This document shows positions 58,604-64,000 of a stretch of DNA of 64,000 nucleotides, piece after piece. Origin of the DNA: Hydrurus foetidus. Its lineage: Eukaryota. The DNA lies in the NCBI GenBank assembly GCA_900617105.1, contig UYFQ01000046.1, positions 1 through 64,000 on the forward strand, in the 5' to 3' direction. The notes under the pieces were generated by a model. The model ran no database searches and was not told the origin of the DNA. It was given only the letters and a program-made list of their open reading frames with translations. How positions within the stretch are numbered: position 1 is the first letter of the stretch; each line of letters starts with the position of its first letter. Both the position numbers and the translations under genes were made by a program.

Positions 58604-61600
58604 ATGGCAGAGAATTCTCTCGATCCTGAGCCTCGGCCGAATCCGAGAGATAACGAATATGAGAATGAGGAAGTAGTGGATGAAGGAGGAAATGTCCTTA
58701 ACATCTCACAAAACTCACAATCGTCAAGTCTGGGTTTCCCACAGACGTTACAGATCCAGCGAGAGATATTCGTCCTACGAGGAGATTATATCACTCCGCA
58801 GGACGTTGAAGACTTTTATGAGCAAGCTCAACGCATACCTCATCTGCGCATTAAAGAATGCATGCAGCGTCAAGCAATCGATTTGCTTCATGTGACGATC
58901 ATGACTGATCAGTCGACTCTGTCAGTTATTACCAACGAGCAGAGACTTAATTGGCAGAACCTCCTCCCGATAGAGAGTGTTGCCACGTTGGTAATGCAAT
59001 ACTTTTGCACAAACAAGCAAGGGGATCATACCTTAGCAGAACTGTTTGCTAGGGTCCCGTTTCACTACTCTCTTTCCTCTGATGAGGAAGAGTTAGTAAC
59101 GTACATGGCGTACAAAGACATCGCTACCGATCACGAACGTGTCCGTCGTATCACTACTTCACAGCACGACGAATTGATTTCGATTCTAGAGAAACGACTT
59201 CCTCGAGGGAGTCGCATCCTAGTGGATTACGTAACCCACAAGTCAAGGGACAACGAGTCTCCTAAGACGTGGGAAGTCGCTATATGGCCGTATTAATGCA
59301 GTCGTTACTGCGGCACGAGAGACAATCCGTATGAGCAGGAGTTATGGCAACCCTGACATTGTCTACTCGTTTCCGAGTACAGCAGTACCTCCTCCCCGTT
59401 CGACGAAGAAGCGGGCGAGTACACTGGCGATACGTGATTTGGATACCCCAAGTGGGAGTAACAACCTGACGGTACGTTCGTCTACAGACGTATCGTTAGT
59501 GGCCACTGCCCGGGTCTGTCGCTCGTGCGGCAACCCTGCACATATTCTTAACGAATGCCCAGTCTTGTACTACACCGACACCAATAACGATCATAACTGT
59601 AACTGGTCGGATTCGGTTGTAGGTAAGGCATGGCTAGCACAAGGTGAAGTTATGTGGTAGGAGAGACTCATCTTACCTGGGTACGAGACCAGGGAAAGAT
59701 ACCACCCTGCGGGTTCGCCACCGTACTTAATGTGCGACAGCAAGAAGCTGAAAGGCAACCAATGTGAGGGAAAAGGGTCCAACCCAAACCAAGGCAACCA
59801 AAACCAAGGTTTCGAAAACCGCGGGAATCAAAACCAAGGTAACCAGAACCAAGGTTACGGTAACCAAAACTACCATAACCGCAACCAAGGAAACCCCGGT
59901 CTTGGGGGTAACCAAGGTAGTGGTAGAGGGTACCAGGGGAAGAATCCCCGAGGGGGTAAATACAACCCGCCCCAAGGGGATTACAATGCGAACGCCGGCT
60001 CCGCAAACCAACAAGGTATATATGATCATGATGTCAATTCATCTGATACCACTGACATACAGCATTCAGTATCATGCGGTACTGCATCTGTCATTTCAGC
60101 AATTCTTCTCGATGAATTTCAGCATGACCCATCAACTCTACCTCCTGATCACTTACACGTTACGGTTTTGGTACAGGATAAGGATAAGGATAAGGAGCGC
60201 CATTCTAGCGTACGACGCACTGTGGGCAAGGCCGTACTCGACACCGCCAACTACTCCGAGGATTTTATTTCTTTCACGATGATTAAAAAGATTGATGCTA
60301 TGCATGACTACTATGCGGCTCCTACAGCCATTACTGTTTGCTCTGGTCTCGATGGCCAGTGTTATATAAATAACGAAATGATTGATTTAATTCTTAAATT
60401 TCATTCTTATGACGGCGAGTGTCATACTATTCCTTTAACAATGCGGGTTAATAGGAACACAGATATTGAACTTTTATTAAGTCGAAAAACTGTAAATAAA
60501 TATGATTTTATGTCATTAACACCTTTCGCTTTTGGTATTTCTCCCGAGCTTAGTGCTGAGAACAAAAGGAAGCGTGATGCTCGTTGGCTCGAGTTTGAAG
60601 AAAGGGAAGCGATAGCCAAGCTCGACCCGCTTCACTGGCACAAATATACCAGACGTATGATATCTGAGGGTTTCGTACCCGAAGAACCGGAAGTAGAGTC
60701 GATTACCCCAACATACGATATGTTGAAGGGTATCACAAAGGCAAAACTTTCGGATCGGAGAGAACCATACGGTCTATGCCCAAGGCCAACACCTAAGAAG
60801 GCCATTCTGCACGCACCTCTAACCAAGGAAGTCGTGGGGTCAGGCTGTCATACAACGTTCACGTGTAACGTTACCCAGGATGGTACCAAGGGAGTCGCGA
60901 CCCAAAGTCCATGTGGTGATGTGGGTTGTGAGCGACTGGACAGTGTCACGACTGTACTCGCGAAACGTACGGGTGATACCCCGCACCTAGATGGTGACTC
61001 GATTCCCATCCTCACACATACCTCTGGGGACACTGTTACATCAGACTATGACGCGGAAGCCATATGGCCAAGCGGTGTCGCACTCTCCGTTGACGAGATT
61101 GACGATGATAAAACTGATACCTTCGCACCTTTCTTGCGTGACAAGACGTGCCGGAATGTACCGCCCAATGGGCCGGATGATTTTGTCTCAGATTCATTTT
61201 GAAGGAGATGAAAGCCTTCAGAAGGATCTTCGTACTCTCTGTTCTGAATTCGCTGATATATTCAGTGATAAGCTAGCTCCGCAAGCTGCTGACCTCAAGC
61301 CGTTTGAGATAAACCTGCCACGGCAGAAATGGGAGGTTCCATCGAACCACGCACCAGTGCGACCCCAATCCTCTAAAAAAGGAACATTACCTCCGCACTT
61401 CTATCGAAGAGATGTTGGAAGATGGTGTGATCGAGAGGTCGAACGCTGCATACTACAGTCATCCTGTAATGGTAAATAAGACAGCCGATACATATCGAAC
61501 CTGCATCGATTATCGCGCACTCAATGAATGCATTGAGCCGGCCTCCTTTCCACTACCAAATATCAAACACCTCTTTGAGAGGATCGGTAATCGAAAACCG

Positions 61601-64000
61601 GATATTTATGGGGTGATGGATTTAACCGCGGGTTACCATCAAGCTCCTTTATATACACCCCACCGAATCTATACGGCATTTATATGTTTCATGGGGTGTT
61701 TCAATTCACAAGATTGCCTTTTGGCCCTTGTCGTGCCCCCTCTTACTTTCAAGAGCAGATGGTGACAACGGTCCTTCACGGTCTCATATACAGCTGTTGC
61801 GAGATGTATCTCGATGATTGCATTGTATATGGCCGGGGCGAAGCAGAGTTTCTTTTGAACTTGAGGAAAGTCTTTGAGAGATTTAGACTTAAAAATCTTA
61901 AACTCAAAGCAAAGAAATGCCGATTCGGTCTTAAACGTATCGAATACGTTGGACGAGTCATCGACAAAGATGGTTTATCCATGTCGAAAGAAAAGATTGA
62001 GACAGTTCTCAACTTCCACTTCCAAAAGAAGTTACGGCATTACGGGGATTCCTTGGCTTAGCCAATTATTTCCGTCAATTCGTTCCTTTTCACTCAGAAA
62101 TGGTAAAACCACTTCACATGATGGTGGACCCAAAGGCGGTTAAACGCTCACCAATTTTTTGGACCCTCGAAGGGACAAACGCATTCAATGAGACAAAGAT
62201 CGCGGTATCTCGTTGTCCATTGATGTATTTCATCGATGATCACCCATCAGATTATATACTGATGCATCTGATTATGGAATCGGTGGTGTATTATTCCAAG
62301 TCATTAATGACGAATGGAAACCAATTGCTTTTATTAGCAAATCTCTATCTGCAACTCAGATAAATTGGTCAACAATACAAAAGGAGGCTTATGCTATCTT
62401 TTATTGCTGCCAACAACTCGATTATCTTATTCGAGACAGAAAGTTCACTATTCATACCGATCATATGAATTTGACTTATATGAAACAGAACCCTACTTCG
62501 ATGGTAGCACGGTGGTTCATTGCAATGCAAGAACTCGATTTCACCGTTCATTTTGTTAAAGGATCGGATAACGAATTAGCCGATGCGCTGTCACGGTTAT
62601 GTCCGAATCTTACTGAGATTGCTCTACCGATGACAATCACCAGAGATGTTTAACATCATCATCTTCATCTTCTTCAACAAGTGTGGCGGCTTTAACGGTT
62701 TTCGAACCGGCCACAGATGAACAAATACTTCATATTCAAATGTGCCACAATGCAATTGTTGGTCACAACGGTGTCGACCGTACCCTCACTCGACTGTACA
62801 GTCTAAACCAAGTGTGGAAAAATATGAAACAGCACGTACGTTCGTACATACGTAACTGTCCCTGTTGTCAAAAACTAAGTGCGGTTGATGCGAAAATCAA
62901 TGCAGCTCATTTTTCAACTTCCACTCACGCAATTTTCGATACGTTGAATATTGACTATGTGGGTCCTTTCCCCGATAAGGGGTATATTCTCGTCATAATT
63001 GACACCTTCTCCAGATGGACAGAAATGTTCTGGTGTAAGGACGCTACTGCCGAATCTGCAGCGGAGAGTTTATTAACACATTTTGGTCGATTCGGTTCGC
63101 CAAACATGATAAGATCGGATCGTCGATCCCATTTCGCTTATGATCTCATAAAAAAAGTTCTTAGATCTTACGAGTACACCCCACAACCTCACACTATCTT
63201 ACTCCTCTCAGGAGAATGCGATTGTTGAACGAGTCAACAAAGAGGTAAATAGACATTTAAAAGGACTGGTGTTCGATACACCATCTCTTGTCCATTATGC
63301 AAAATGCATTCCGTTCGTACAACGAATTATTAATAGTTCAGTTAATAAACGTGCGGGTGCAAGTCCGGCATCTATCCTATTCGCGGATGAACTTGATTTT
63401 ATACAGGATAATAGAGGGATTTTAACACCTCATTTGTTACCAATGGTAACATCTTCAAATTCAACATACATTGCTGATTTAATCGTAATACAGGACAAAG
63501 TCCTCGATGCAGCAATGTGAATAAAAATACTTCATAAATGTGATGAAAAACACAAAAAGGCAACATCCGGTTAGACAGTGTTCCCTGTAGGGTCGTATGT
63601 CTTAGTAAAAGATAAACACCCTCCAACTCGATAGCACACAAAATGGAGAGGTCCTTTCCGTGTTGTATCCTTTGAAGGATCCGAGTATGTTCTCGCGAAC
63701 TTAATTACACATAAACACAATAGTGTACATGTGAAGAATCTTAAAATATTCAATTATGACCCTTCGATGGGCTTACCTGCTGATACAGCACGTCGCGATT
63801 ACATGGAGTATTTCGTTGAGAAAGTTCTTAATCACTCGGGTGATAAAAAGAAACCGACTACGATGTCGTTCCATGTAAAATGGCTCAACTATGATGACTC
63901 ACATAATACATGGGAGCCTTGGAAGAATCTCCGGCTCTGTGATGCACTCCATGTATACTTGAGGAACAATAACATGTCGCGTTTTGTTCCCAGGAATATT
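58604..64000 (+). pseudogene. gag-pol: Gypsy B gag-pol broken by many frameshifts and stops
   Basis: CRSCGNPAHILNEC knuckle; VLDTA protease; MDLTAGYHQ and YLDD; CHNAIVGH..CPCCQ; IDYVG; chromodomain FHVKWLNYDDSHNTWEPW near 63870-63925. Confidence 0.88.

Larger units (their letters stand above)
57847..64000 (+). mobile_element. Ty3/gypsy chromodomain-containing element B (3' LTR outside the window)
   Basis: gag-PR-RT-RH-IN-chromodomain homologous to gypsy A. Starts at TG exactly where the host repeat is interrupted. Confidence 0.9.

Noticed and set aside
10890..59660. Possible stop-codon reassignment, since in-frame stops recur in several genes
   Set aside because: The stops are a mix of TAA, TAG and TGA, replace different residues and co-occur with frameshifts. 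Intact genes end normally with all three codons.
1..64000. tRNA, rRNA or prokaryotic operon features
   Set aside because: None recognised. Introns and eukaryotic transposon superfamilies account for the identifiable content.

Overview
Eukaryotic genomic DNA with short GT-AG introns. A plastid-type membrane-protein gene with a signal-like leader suggests a photosynthetic alga with a secondary plastid, possibly a stramenopile (inference). The first 25 kb holds host genes: a La-motif/PAM2 RNA-binding protein, two small membrane proteins, a decayed helicase-associated-repeat gene and two secreted Cys-rich repeat proteins, one about 2,800 aa. It also has MITE-like foldbacks and the 5' end of a Ty1/copia element. 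From 25.6 kb on, the window is a transposon nest: two pogo-type (DD35D) DNA transposons, a two-gene PIF/Harbinger unit, a decayed MULE fused to a USP-like peptidase, a second copia copy and two chromodomain-bearing Ty3/gypsy elements. Two observations stand out. (1) Both divergent pogo elements carry, inside their TIRs, a convergent two-exon gene that splices into a stand-alone HIRAN-like protein, with the intron at the same codon and phase. (2) Both gypsy elements have a 12-bp perfect palindrome with compensatory changes, rather than a tRNA primer-binding site, directly after the 5' LTR. All domain calls come from motif recognition by eye; no searches were run.
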